Source: an uncultured delta proteobacterium (lineage in GTDB: Bacteria; Myxococcota_A; UBA9160; SMWR01). Taken from it: 64,000 nucleotides of DNA. Of the stretch, positions 42,251 to 52,006 are shown in pieces (positions within the stretch are counted from its first letter, which is position 1; each line of letters starts with the position of its first letter). The translations under genes were made by a program, and so were the position numbers. The DNA lies in assembly GCA_963832165.1 (NCBI GenBank), contig CAWHTE010000007.1, forward strand, positions 192,001 to 256,000, given 5' to 3'. The notes under the pieces are model-generated. The model was not told the DNA's origin. It saw nothing but the letters and a program-made list of their open reading frames with translations, and ran no database searches.

Positions 42251-42757
42251 ATGAACGATGCCCCGTCGATCCGGTCCGCCACGTCCGCGGATGCTGCGGC
42301 GATCGCCGCGATCTACAACTGGTACATCGTCAACACGGTGATCACGTTCGAGGTCGATCCCGTGTCCGACGACGAGATGGCGCGGCGGATCGACAGCGTG
42401 CTCGCAGCGCACGAGTGGCTCGTGCTCGATCGCGCGGGCGAGCTGCTCGGCTACGCCTACGCGGGGCGGTTTCGCGAGCGCGCTGCCTACGGACAGGCGA
42501 CCGAGTCGACGATCTATCTGCGCCACGGCCTGGAGGGGAAGGGTCTCGGGGCGCCGCTCTATACCGAGCTGATCCGACGCACGTTCGCGCGCGGGTACCG
42601 CCACCTGATCGGCGCCATCGCATTGCCCAACGAGCCGTCGGTGCGCTTTCACGAGCGGCTCGGCTTCGTGAAAGCCGGGCACCTGTTCCGGATCGGCCGC
42701 AAATTCGATCGCTGGGTCGACGTCGGGAACTGGCAGCTGGAACGGCCGGGCGACTAA
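42251..42757 (+). CDS. GNAT N-acetyltransferase (phosphinothricin acetyltransferase/YncA-like)
   Basis: IYNWYI..TVITFE, GYAYA, ESTIYL, GKGLG, PNEPSVRFHERLGF. Confidence 0.92.
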   Translation: MNDAPSIRSATSADAAAIAAIYNWYIVNTVITFEVDPVSDDEMARRIDSVLAAHEWLVLDRAGELLGYAYAGRFRERAAYGQATESTIYLRHGLEGKGLGAPLYTELIRRTFARGYRHLIGAIALPNEPSVRFHERLGFVKAGHLFRIGRKFDRWVDVGNWQLERPGD

Positions 42758-42759
42758 CG

Positions 42760-43858
42760 CTACTCGGCCGCGAGCAGCTTGCCGAGCTTGAGCAGCTGCG
42801 GAGTGCCTCCGCCGAGCGCGAGCTCGAAGTGACGCGCGTGCAGGAAGTAGCGGTGGAGCGGGTATTCCTTGTCGACGCCGACGCCGCCGTGCAGGTGGGT
42901 CGCGGCGTGCACGACGCGCTTGGCGCCCTCGGCGCACCAGAACTTCGCCACGGCGACCTGCTTCGCTGCGTCGAGACCCGCTGAGATCCGCCACGCCGCC
43001 TGCCAGCTCGTGAGCCGGATCGCCTCGGTGTCGATGAACGCATCTGCAGCGCGGTGACCGACCGCCTGGAACATCGCGATCGGCTGGTCGAACTGCTTGC
43101 GCGTCTTGATGTACTCCGAGGTCAGGTCGAGCGAGGCTTCGCACAGGCCCAGCGAGATCATGCACAGCGCGGCCGTCGCGCGCAGCTCGAGCCACGCGCG
43201 CACCTTCGCGCCGCTGCCGACGGTGCCGAGCACGGCGTCGGGGCCGACGCGCACACCCGAGAGCGTCAGAAGCGATTCGGGTATGCCGCTCGTGGTCGCC
43301 ATCGGATCGAGCTGGACACCCTTCGCCTTGGGGTCGACGAGGAAGATCGTCTCCTGGCCATCGACTAGAGCGGGAACCAGCACGACGTCGGCGAACGCCG
43401 CCGCGGGAACACAGAGCTTCTTGCCCGAGAGCCGGAACCCGTCACCGTCGCGCGCGGCGATGCTCGGCGCATCTTCGACGAGCGCGGCCGTGCCGATGGC
43501 TTCGCCGCTCGCGATCTTCGGCAGCCACGCGGCGCGCTGCTCCGCACTGCCGAACTCGGCGATCGGCAGCGCTGCGAGCACGACCGTCTCGAACAGCGGG
43601 ATCGGCGCAGTGTGGCGGCCCACCTGCTCGAGGATCGCGGCCACTTCGAGGAAACCGAGCCCGGCGCCGTGCGTGCTCCTCGGGCACCGAGATGCCGAGC
43701 AGACCCGCGTCGGCGACGGCGCGCCAGAGCTCGCGGTCGAAGCGCGGTTCGCCGCGCTTCTCGAGCGCGCGCTGCAGCTCGTGGCTGCCCTTCTCGGCGA
43801 GGATCTTCGCCGTGAGGTCGCCAATCGCCTGTTGATCTTCGGAGAGCGAGAAGTCCAT
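42760..43858 (-). CDS. Acyl-CoA dehydrogenase, FadE27-like subunit; frameshift near 43670
   Basis: The MDFSLSEDQQ N-terminal frame joins the GAGLGFLE...RKQFDQPIAMFQAV...HLHGGVG frame. Confidence 0.85.
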
Positions 43859-43877
43859 GGGGGGATCCTTCGCAGGG

Positions 43878-45059
43878 TTACATGCGCGGAACGCGCGGGA
43901 GGCCGAGGCCGAACAATCCGATCAGGTCGCGCTGGATCTCGTTGGTGCCGCCGCCGAAGGTCAGGATCAACAGACCTCGGTAGAGCGACTCGAGCATTCC
44001 GTCGAACACCACTTCGGGCGATCCGCGCTTGAGGTACCCGCGCTGGCCGAGGATCTCCATGAGCAGGCGGAAGCTCTCGAGATAGAACTCGGTGCCGAAC
44101 ACCTTCGTTGCCGAGGCGTCAGCGGGCGAGAGACTGCCCTTGGTGGCCGTCCAGGCGACCTTCCAGTTGATCAGGCGCAGGAACTCGAGGCCCGCGTAAA
44201 CGCGCGCGAGGTTGATCTGCACCCACTCCTGGTCGATCACCTTGCGCCCGTCGGGCAGCTGGGCGCGCTGCGCCCACGCGCGCGTCTCGTCGAAGCTGCG
44301 CTCGAGCACACCCGACGAGCACAGCGTCACGCGCTCGTGGTTGAGCTGACCCGTGATCAGCTTCCAGCCCTTGTTCGGGCCCGCGACGATGTTCTTCGCG
44401 GGCACGCGCGCATCGTCGAAGAAGACCGCGTTGATGTCGTGCTCGCCCATCAGGTGCAGCGGGTCGATTCGGATGCCGTTCGTGTTCTTCATGTCGACGA
44501 TGAGGATCGACAGGCCCGCGTGCTTGGACGCCTTCGGATCGGTTCGCACCGCGAGCCAGCAGTAGTCGGAATCGCTCGCGAGGCTCGTCCAGAGCTTCTG
44601 GCCGTTGATCACGTACTCATCGCCGACGAGGTCGGCGCGCGTGCTGAGCGCAGCGAGGTCCGTACCCGCGCCGGGCTCGCTGTAGCCGATGCAGAAATGG
44701 ATCTCGCCCGCGAGGATCTTCGGCAGGAAGAACGCCTTCTGCTCGTCGCTGCCGTGGCGCGCGATCGTGGGGCCGACCGTATTGATCGTGAGCATCGGCA
44801 CGGGGGCGCCGCTGCGCATCGATTCGTCGAAGAAGATGAACTGCTCGATCTCGGAGCGGCCTTGACCGCCGTATTGCGTCGGCCAACCGATCCCGAGCCA
44901 GCCATCGGCGCCCATCTGTCGGACGACCTTGCGGTGGTTCGGTCCGACCCCGTGCTCCTTGGCGAGCGCCGCGCGGACCTCCGGCGTGAGCAGCTTCTCG
45001 TAATAGGCCCGGATCTCCTTGCGCAGGGCCTCCTGCTCCTCGGTGTATCCGATGTACAT
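43878..45059 (-). CDS. Acyl-CoA dehydrogenase, FadE26-like subunit
   Basis: MYIGYTEEQEALR, IGYSEPGAGTDLA, NGQKLWTS, LNHERV, LTFGGGTNEIQRD. Confidence 0.92.
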   Translation of the reverse strand: MYIGYTEEQEALRKEIRAYYEKLLTPEVRAALAKEHGVGPNHRKVVRQMGADGWLGIGWPTQYGGQGRSEIEQFIFFDESMRSGAPVPMLTINTVGPTIARHGSDEQKAFFLPKILAGEIHFCIGYSEPGAGTDLAALSTRADLVGDEYVINGQKLWTSLASDSDYCWLAVRTDPKASKHAGLSILIVDMKNTNGIRIDPLHLMGEHDINAVFFDDARVPAKNIVAGPNKGWKLITGQLNHERVTLCSSGVLERSFDETRAWAQRAQLPDGRKVIDQEWVQINLARVYAGLEFLRLINWKVAWTATKGSLSPADASATKVFGTEFYLESFRLLMEILGQRGYLKRGSPEVVFDGMLESLYRGLLILTFGGGTNEIQRDLIGLFGLGLPRVPRM

Positions 45060-45087
45060 AGGGGTCGACCTCGTAGGACGCGGGGTG

Positions 45088-45101
45088 TGAAACGTGTTCT
45101 A
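45088..45101. promoter_or_regulatory. KstR-type operator (TnnAACnnGTTnnA)
   Basis: TGAAACGTGTTCTA matches the consensus exactly, about 30 bp upstream of the fadE26-like start. Confidence 0.65.
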
Positions 45102-45121
45102 TTTTCGCGCGTCCAGAAAAA

Positions 45122-45181
45122 TTCGTCTAGGACCCTGTCCGAAAGGGTGCCTGTTCGTTTAGGACCTGCCCAAAGAGGGTG
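45122..45181. repeat. Two imperfect 28-bp direct repeats with a 32-bp period
   Basis: TTCGTCTAGGACCCTGTCCGAAAGGGTG (45122-45149) and TTCGTTTAGGACCTGCCCAAAGAGGGTG (45154-45181). Confidence 0.55.
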
Positions 45182-45334
45182 GTCCGGTAGCCCCTGAGAC
45201 CCCGAAATCCCGGGATGTCACGGGCCTGTGGCTTGGATGCCTGCGCGACGTGCCCACAATGGGGGTCGCGCAGAGCTGCCGTCGGTCTGCACTGAACCAG
45301 CAGGCTGTTTTGCGCAACCAAACGCAGTGTATCG

Positions 45335-48300
45335 ATGACACCTCCACTGGAATCCATGGTACCTACGTTGCGAGGCGCATCGCCGTCCTGGCGAGCCGCT
45401 GGAGCCCTCGACGTGTCTCAGGCCGAGCCCCTTCCGTTCGTCGACACGCCGGCCCCCCGGACCGGCGACCTCCCCGCGTCTCTACCTGAAACGGGAACCG
45501 GGACCGGGTCCCGCCGCGGCCGCGCCGCGCGCCTGGGCGTCCGGCTCACGTTGATGCTGCTGATCGCCACCGGGGTCGCGGTGTTCGCGGCCTGGGAGAT
45601 GCGCACGTTCGGCTTCGAGGCCTACCTCTTCCACAGCGCAGCGCGCGGCGCCGCCTTCGAAGTGCGGCCGGGCGTGGCGAGCTGGGATCTTCCGGCACCG
45701 GAAGGCCCCTACGACCGCCGCATGGGCTACGCGGGTCTGCGCCGGACCGTCTCGCTACTGCATGCGCAGGGCTTCGACGTGATTGCGCAGGCGCGTTCGA
45801 ATGCCGAGCTCGAGCGGATCACGAGCTACGGGCTGTTCCCGCCCTACCGCGAGAAGCCCCAGGCGGGCCTTCAGATCCGTGGCCGGGCGGGTGCGCCGCT
45901 GTTCGAGGCGACGCACCCCGTGCGCGCGTACACACGCTTCGAGGACATCCCGCCGGTGCTGGTCGCGTCGCTCTTGTTCATCGAGAACCGCGAGCTGCTC
46001 GACGACGCCGCGCCGCGCCGCAATCCGGCGGTGGAGTGGGATCGACTCGTGCGGGCGCTCTGGACCGCCACCGGATCGGGCGGGCCCGGCGGCAGCACGC
46101 TCGCCACGCAGATCGAGAAGTTCCGCCACTCGCCCGAGGGCATCACGAGCTCGCCGCACGAGAAGCTGCGCCAGATGCTCTCGGCGAGTCTGCGCGCGTA
46201 CCAGGACGGCGACGTCACCACCGAAACGCGGCGCCAGGTCGTGGTCGACTACTTGAACGGCGTGCCGCTCTCGGCCGTGCCGGGCGGCGGCGAAGTGATC
46301 GGGCTCGGCGACGGCCTGGCGGCCTGGTATGGCGCGAGCTTCGACGAGGTGAACCGGCGGCTCGCCGCTCCGATCGCGCTCGAGAACGGCGATCGCGAAG
46401 AGGTGGCACGCGCCTACGTGCTGGCGCTCTCGCTGTTCGTGGCACAGCGGCGCCCCACCACGCTGCTGCTCGATCATCCCGACGAGCTGGTCGCGCAGAC
46501 GCGCGCTCATCTGCCGCGGCTCGCGCGCGCGGGCGTGATCTCGGCCGAGCTCCGCGACGCGGCGCTCGCGGTCGACTTCCGCCCCTCCCGCGCCGGCCAG
46601 CCCGACGGCGGAAACCATCGGCTCGCGCGACGCCTCGCTGGTCCCGTGCGCGCACGACTCGCGGGGCTGCTCGGAACACGCGGCTTCTACGATCTCGATC
46701 GCCTCGATCTCGGCGTCGAGAGCACGCTCGACGCCCGCGCGCAGGAGCTGCTCTCTGCGCGCGTCGAGCGCCTCTCCGATCCGAGCGTGGCTGCCGAAAC
46801 CGGCCTCCTGGGCGTTCGGCTGCTCGACCCGGGCACTTCCGACGGCGTCAAGTTCAGCTTGAACGTCTACGAGCGCGGCGCGGACGCGCATCGGCTGCGC
46901 GCGCAGGTCGACAACTCCGACGGCGCGCTCGATCTCAGCGACGGCGTGAAGCTCGACCTCGGCTCGACCGCCAAGCTCCGCACGTTCGTGACCTATCTCG
47001 AGCTGATCGCGCAGGTGCACGACCGGCTCGCCGCGCTGCCGATCGCCGAGCGCGCCGCCCTCGAGCTTCCGCCCTCGGACCGGCTCGGGCGCTGGGTCCA
47101 GGCGGAGATGGTCGCGCATCCCAGCGCGTCGCTCGCCGACGTTCTCGACGCATCGCTCGAGCGCCGCTATTCGGGGAGCCCGTACGCGGCGTTCTTCACG
47201 GGCGGCGGCGAGCACCGCTTCTCGAACTTCGATTCCGCCGACGACGAGCGCCGTCCGAGCGTGCGCGAAGCGTTCCAGCGCTCGGTGAATCTCGTGTTCG
47301 TGCGCCTGATGCGCGACGTCGTCGATCACGTGATGGCTTCGCAGCTCGAGTTGGATGCGATACTCCAGGCGCCGAAGGACGACTCGCGCCGGCGCGCGTA
47401 CCTCTGGAACTTCGCCCACTCCGAAGGCAGCGTGTTCATCGCGAAGGCCTACTCGCGCTTCGCGGCGCTCGAGCCCGACGCTGTGCTCGCGAAGCTCTAC
47501 GAGAACCGCAAGCCTTCGCCAAAGGCCGTCTCCGCTGCGATCCGAGCCGTAGACCCGAACGCCGATCTCGCGTCGTTCAGCGAGCGGCTCGTCGCCCTGT
47601 TGCCGGATGCGGCGCTCGCGGAGGATCTGGTAGCGAAGCTCTACGCGCAGTCGGATCCCGCGCGCTGGTCGCTCCAGGACCGCGGCTATCTCGCGCGCGT
47701 GCACCCGCTCGAGCTCTGGCTGCTCGCCCATCTGCGCGAGCACCCCCGTGCGACGCTCGCCGAGGTGATCGATGCGAGCCGCGGCGAGCGCCTCGATGCC
47801 TACCGCTGGCTGTTCCGCTCCAAGCAGCGCTTCGCGCAGAATCGCCGCATCCGCACGATGCTCGAGCGCGAGGCGTTCCGGCGCATCCACGCACAGTGGC
47901 AGAGCACGGGCTATCCGTTCCCCTCGCTCGTTCCGTCACTCGCCACCGCGCTCGGCACCTCGGCGGATCGGCCGACCGCACTGGCCGAGCTCATGGGCAT
48001 TCTCGCGAGCGACGGCGTGCGCGTGCCGATCCGCCGGATCGAGTCGATGCGCTTCGCCGCCGACACGCCCTACGAAACGCTGCTCGCGCCGTCGTTGTCC
48101 GCGCCCGAGCAGGTGCTGCGACCCGAGGTATGCGCCGTGGTGCGGCGCGCGCTCGTGTCGACGGTGGAAGGCGGCACCGCAGCGCGCGCGCGCGGCGCGC
48201 TGCGCCACGCCGACGGCTCGGTCGCGATGGTGGGCGGCAAGACCGGCACCGGCGACCACCGCTTCAAGGTGATCGCGCGCGATCAGCGCATCCTCGAGGA

Positions 48301-48514
48301 GCGGCCGATCTCGCGCTCGGCCGTGTTCGCGTTCCTGATCGACGACCGCTTCTTCGGCGTGCTCACCGCGGTGGTCACGGGTCCGGAAGCGGGCCGCTAC
48401 CACTTCACGAGCTCGCTGCCGGTGCAGATCTTCACCGCGCTGATGCCGGAGGCCTTCCCTGTGCTCGAGGCCGGCGCACCGAGCCCCGAGCCGAAGGTCG
48501 CGCAGGCTCGCTAG
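45335..48514 (+). CDS. Large class A PBP-like protein (transglycosylase + transpeptidase-like domains)
   Basis: One TM segment; LLFIENR and GGSTLATQIEK (GT51-like); STAK, SVN and KTGTG (transpeptidase motifs). Confidence 0.85.
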   Translation: MTPPLESMVPTLRGASPSWRAAGALDVSQAEPLPFVDTPAPRTGDLPASLPETGTGTGSRRGRAARLGVRLTLMLLIATGVAVFAAWEMRTFGFEAYLFHSAARGAAFEVRPGVASWDLPAPEGPYDRRMGYAGLRRTVSLLHAQGFDVIAQARSNAELERITSYGLFPPYREKPQAGLQIRGRAGAPLFEATHPVRAYTRFEDIPPVLVASLLFIENRELLDDAAPRRNPAVEWDRLVRALWTATGSGGPGGSTLATQIEKFRHSPEGITSSPHEKLRQMLSASLRAYQDGDVTTETRRQVVVDYLNGVPLSAVPGGGEVIGLGDGLAAWYGASFDEVNRRLAAPIALENGDREEVARAYVLALSLFVAQRRPTTLLLDHPDELVAQTRAHLPRLARAGVISAELRDAALAVDFRPSRAGQPDGGNHRLARRLAGPVRARLAGLLGTRGFYDLDRLDLGVESTLDARAQELLSARVERLSDPSVAAETGLLGVRLLDPGTSDGVKFSLNVYERGADAHRLRAQVDNSDGALDLSDGVKLDLGSTAKLRTFVTYLELIAQVHDRLAALPIAERAALELPPSDRLGRWVQAEMVAHPSASLADVLDASLERRYSGSPYAAFFTGGGEHRFSNFDSADDERRPSVREAFQRSVNLVFVRLMRDVVDHVMASQLELDAILQAPKDDSRRRAYLWNFAHSEGSVFIAKAYSRFAALEPDAVLAKLYENRKPSPKAVSAAIRAVDPNADLASFSERLVALLPDAALAEDLVAKLYAQSDPARWSLQDRGYLARVHPLELWLLAHLREHPRATLAEVIDASRGERLDAYRWLFRSKQRFAQNRRIRTMLEREAFRRIHAQWQSTGYPFPSLVPSLATALGTSADRPTALAELMGILASDGVRVPIRRIESMRFAADTPYETLLAPSLSAPEQVLRPEVCAVVRRALVSTVEGGTAARARGALRHADGSVAMVGGKTGTGDHRFKVIARDQRILEERPISRSAVFAFLIDDRFFGVLTAVVTGPEAGRYHFTSSLPVQIFTALMPEAFPVLEAGAPSPEPKVAQAR

Positions 48515-49131
48515 AGGTTGTTGCGGTAGTCGTCCTCGACCGCGGCGTCGAACTTCGCAGCGACGTCGTCGGCGAGCTTGAATCGCTTCACGGCCATCGC
48601 GCCGAACGAGATCTTCAGACGCGCCGACCAGCTCTCCGGCTTCCAGAGCTTGCTGCGGATGAACGCCTTCGCGCAGTGGTGGAAGCATTCCTCCACGTGG
48701 ATCCGGATCCCGAGCACGGCGGGCTTGCCGCGTGCGGCGAGGCGCGCGAGCAGATCGGGGTCGGCCGTGAGCGTCGCGGTTCCGTTCACGCGCACGGTCT
48801 CGGGCGTACCGGGCAGCATGAAGATCACGCCGACGCGCGGGTTCGTGAGGATGTTCTGGAGCCCGTACACGAGCTTGTTTCCGGGTCGATCCGGAATCAC
48901 GAGCGTGCGCTCGTCCTCGATCAGGCAGAAGCCCGGATCGTCGCCCTTCGGCGAGGCATCGAGATTCCCCTCGGCATCGGAGGTCGCGAGCACGAGGAAG
49001 GGTGAGCGCTCGATGTACTCGCGCGCCTCGTCACTGATCGTGTTCTGGTTCTTGAGGCCCAGCCCGGGAATCGGATCGCCGATGATGCCGCGCAGCGCCT
49101 CGAGGTCGTCGATCGAGTGGGGGTCGCCCAT
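48511..49131 (-). CDS. Pyridoxamine 5'-phosphate oxidase-like FMN-binding protein
   Basis: SPFLVLAT, DASPKGD, IPDRPGN, HCAKAFIRSKLW. Confidence 0.9.
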   Translation of the reverse strand: MGDPHSIDDLEALRGIIGDPIPGLGLKNQNTISDEAREYIERSPFLVLATSDAEGNLDASPKGDDPGFCLIEDERTLVIPDRPGNKLVYGLQNILTNPRVGVIFMLPGTPETVRVNGTATLTADPDLLARLAARGKPAVLGIRIHVEECFHHCAKAFIRSKLWKPESWSARLKISFGAMAVKRFKLADDVAAKFDAAVEDDYRNNL

Positions 49132-49161
49132 GAGATCCTCCAGCCAGAATGGACGCCCACT

Positions 49162-49749
49162 CTAGCAGGGGAGCCCCGCTCCATTCGCCGCGCGCCGGGC
49201 CCGGAACCGGAACGATCGCTCGACGCGGTCGACGCGCACCTCGGCGAATCCGGCACGCTCGAGCCGTTCTCCGAACGTGTTCGGATCCACGGGCACCATC
49301 GTGTCGCCCCAGTGCACGAGCCGGAACAGCGGACTCACGAGGCTGTCCGACCCGACCAGCCACGCGCCGGGCGCGAGCACGCGCGCCACCTCGGCGAGCA
49401 GGCGATCCTGCAGCGCCGCCGACGGCACGTGGTGCAGCATCGTGCACGACACCGCGCCCGTGAAGCGGCCCGCCCGGAACGGCAGGTCGGTGGCGTCGGC
49501 CTCCACCACCTCGACCCGCTCGCCCACGTGGCGTCGAGCCAGGGATGCCGCGAGCGCGGGATCCACCTCGACGCAGGTCAGGTGGGGGACGCGCTCGGCG
49601 AGCACATCGGTGGTGAGCCCGGGCCCGGGCCCGACCTCGAGCACGTCGCCGCCGAGATCGACGTCGCCGAGCACCCAGGGCAGGAGGCGCTCCCGCACGG
49701 TGCGGCGCCAGGTTCCAGATCGACAGTACCAGCGGTGGATGGTGTTCAT
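49162..49749 (-). CDS. Class I SAM-dependent methyltransferase
   Basis: VLEVGPGPG, ADATDLPF, MLHHVP, RVLAPG; start MNTIHRWYC. Confidence 0.88.
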   Translation of the reverse strand: MNTIHRWYCRSGTWRRTVRERLLPWVLGDVDLGGDVLEVGPGPGLTTDVLAERVPHLTCVEVDPALAASLARRHVGERVEVVEADATDLPFRAGRFTGAVSCTMLHHVPSAALQDRLLAEVARVLAPGAWLVGSDSLVSPLFRLVHWGDTMVPVDPNTFGERLERAGFAEVRVDRVERSFRFRARRAANGAGLPC

Positions 49750-49802
49750 ATGGCGACTTTCGCCGATGGATCGACGACGTTCTTCGCGTATTCTGACAAC
49801 TG

Positions 49803-50639
49803 ATGTCGAATATCCGTCAATCGACACGCGCGCCGCTCGTCCCCCACGCGCTCGCGCGGCCGCTCGAAGGCCTCGCCGCCGAGTACGAACCCGGCCACGA
49901 GATCGCGCTCCACCAGCACCCGTTTGCTCAGCTGATCTACGCATCGAGCGGCGTGATGACCGTGACCACCGAGCACGGCACCTGGGTGGTGCCGCCCGAG
50001 CGCGCCGTCTGGGTTCCTGCGCGCGTGGGCCACGCGATCCGGATGACCGGCCGCGTGTCGATGCGCACGGTCTATCTCTCCGAAGCGCTCGGGCCGCTCG
50101 CGGGCAGCACGTGCTGCGTCGTGCAGGTTTCGGCGCTGCTGCGCGAGAGCATTTTGCGCGCGGTGGAGTTCGCGAAGCCGTACCGCGAGGACGGACCCGA
50201 GGCGCGGCTCGTGGCCGTGATCGCCGACGAGATCCGCGCCGCACCGACCGCGCCGTTGCACCTGCCGTTGCCGAGCGATCCGCGCGCACGCCGCGTCGCG
50301 GACGCGCTGCGCGCGAGTCCGGGCGATCCGCGCACCCTCGCCGACTGGGCGCAGCTCGCGGGAGCTTCCGCGCGCACGCTCGAGCGCGTGTTCGAGCGCG
50401 AGACGAAGCTGTCGTTCGGCGCCTGGCGCCAGCAAGCTCGCCTGTTGCGCGGGCTCGAACAGCTCGCGGCGGGTGAGCCCGTGACGTCGGTGGCGCTCGA
50501 CCTCGGCTACGAGACGCCGAGCGCGTTCATCGCGATGTTCCGGCGCGCGCTCGGCACGTCGCCCGGACGCTACTTCCGGACCGCAATCAGACCGGAGGCC
50601 GGCGCGCAGCGAGCGCAAGTTTCGCGCAGCGAGCCGTAG
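49803..50639 (+). CDS. AraC family transcriptional regulator (cupin + HTH)
   Basis: HQHPFAQLIY cupin; SARTLER..WRQQARL and ALDLGYETPSAFIAMFRR. Confidence 0.93.
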   Translation: MSNIRQSTRAPLVPHALARPLEGLAAEYEPGHEIALHQHPFAQLIYASSGVMTVTTEHGTWVVPPERAVWVPARVGHAIRMTGRVSMRTVYLSEALGPLAGSTCCVVQVSALLRESILRAVEFAKPYREDGPEARLVAVIADEIRAAPTAPLHLPLPSDPRARRVADALRASPGDPRTLADWAQLAGASARTLERVFERETKLSFGAWRQQARLLRGLEQLAAGEPVTSVALDLGYETPSAFIAMFRRALGTSPGRYFRTAIRPEAGAQRAQVSRSEP

Positions 50640-50728
50640 GCGAGCGAAGACCATAAGGGGGGCGAGCGAAGATCGGACAGGTGGATCGAATCGACCGCGC
50701 CCGGGCGCTGTGCTTCCCTTCCGCGACC

Positions 50729-52006
50729 ATGCTCGACCCGCGCAGCCTCGACGAGAGACGCGACGAGATCGCCGAGAGCGGCCGAAGGCGCGGCGTCGCG
50801 CTCGATATCGACGCTGCGGTCGCCGCGCAGCGCGCGGCCTCGGCGCTCCAGACCGAGCTCAACGAGGCCAACCGGCTGCGCAACGAGCACCAGGAGGCCG
50901 GCAAGCGCAAGCTCTCGCCCGAGGAGCGAGAGGCCCATACCGCGCAGGGACGCCGCCTCAAGGAGGAAGTCGCCGCGCTCGAAGCCAGGCTCGCAGATGC
51001 GCGCGCGGCACTCGACGAGCGCATGAAGGCGTTCCCGAACTTCGTGCACCCCGAGGTGCCGAGCGGCGGCGAGGCCGACTTCCGCGAGCTGCGCCGCGTC
51101 GGCGAGCCGACGCGCTTCGACTTCACTCCCGTGGATCACGTCGCGCTCGGCCAGAAGCTCGGCCTGTTCGACTTCGAATCAGGCGCGAAGGTGACCGGCC
51201 AGAAGTTCTACTTCCTCTCTGGCGAGGCGGTGATCGTCGAGCTCGCGCTGCAGCGGCTCGCGCTCGATCTGCTGCTCGAGGAGGGCTTCCGGATCTACAC
51301 CACGCCGGATCTCGCGCGGCGTCGGATCGTCGACGCGATGGCGTTCAGCCCGCGCGGGCCCGAGACGCAGATCTACTCGGTCGAGGGCACCGATCTCGAC
51401 CTGATCGGCACCGCCGAGATCACGCTCGGCGGAATGTACGAGGACGCCGTGCTCGAGGAGGACGACCTCCCGATCAAGATCGGCGGTATCTCGCACTGCT
51501 ACCGCACCGAGGCCGGCGCCGCGGGGCGCGAGAGCAAGGGCCTGTACCGCGTGCACCAGTTCACGAAGGTGGAGATGTTCGCGTTCACGCGCCCGGAGGA
51601 TTCCGAGGCGATGCACGGCGAGCTGCTGCGCATCGAGGAGCGCGTGTTCTCGGCGCTGCGGATTCCCTATCGCGTGATCGACATCGCGGCGGGCGACCTC
51701 GGGGCACCGGCGTACCGCAAGTTCGACATCGAAGCCTGGCTGCCCGGTCGCGGCGAGCGCGGCGATTGGGGCGAGGTCACCAGCACCTCGAACTGCACCG
51801 ACTTCCAGGCGCGGCGCCTGCGCACGCGGTTCCGGCGCAAGGGCAGCAAGAAGAACGAGCTCGTGCACACTTTGAACGGCACGGCCGTGGCGATCGCGCG
51901 CGCGCTGATCGCTCTCTTCGAGAACCACCAGCAGGCCGACGGCTCGATCGCGATCCCCGAAGCGCTCCGCAGCTACACGGGCTTCGACCGCATTGGACCG
52001 CGTTAG
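50729..52006 (+). CDS. serS: Serine--tRNA ligase
   Basis: N-terminal coiled coil; GTAE, CYRTEAG..GLYRVHQFTKVEMF, EVTSTSNCTDFQARRL, HTLNGTA. Confidence 0.97.
   Translation: MLDPRSLDERRDEIAESGRRRGVALDIDAAVAAQRAASALQTELNEANRLRNEHQEAGKRKLSPEEREAHTAQGRRLKEEVAALEARLADARAALDERMKAFPNFVHPEVPSGGEADFRELRRVGEPTRFDFTPVDHVALGQKLGLFDFESGAKVTGQKFYFLSGEAVIVELALQRLALDLLLEEGFRIYTTPDLARRRIVDAMAFSPRGPETQIYSVEGTDLDLIGTAEITLGGMYEDAVLEEDDLPIKIGGISHCYRTEAGAAGRESKGLYRVHQFTKVEMFAFTRPEDSEAMHGELLRIEERVFSALRIPYRVIDIAAGDLGAPAYRKFDIEAWLPGRGERGDWGEVTSTSNCTDFQARRLRTRFRRKGSKKNELVHTLNGTAVAIARALIALFENHQQADGSIAIPEALRSYTGFDRIGPR

Noticed and set aside
45175..45255. TPP-riboswitch-like words (CTGAGA...CCTG...ATGCC.GCG)
   Set aside because: Spacing and pairing do not fit the TPP consensus, and the downstream gene is unrelated to thiamine.
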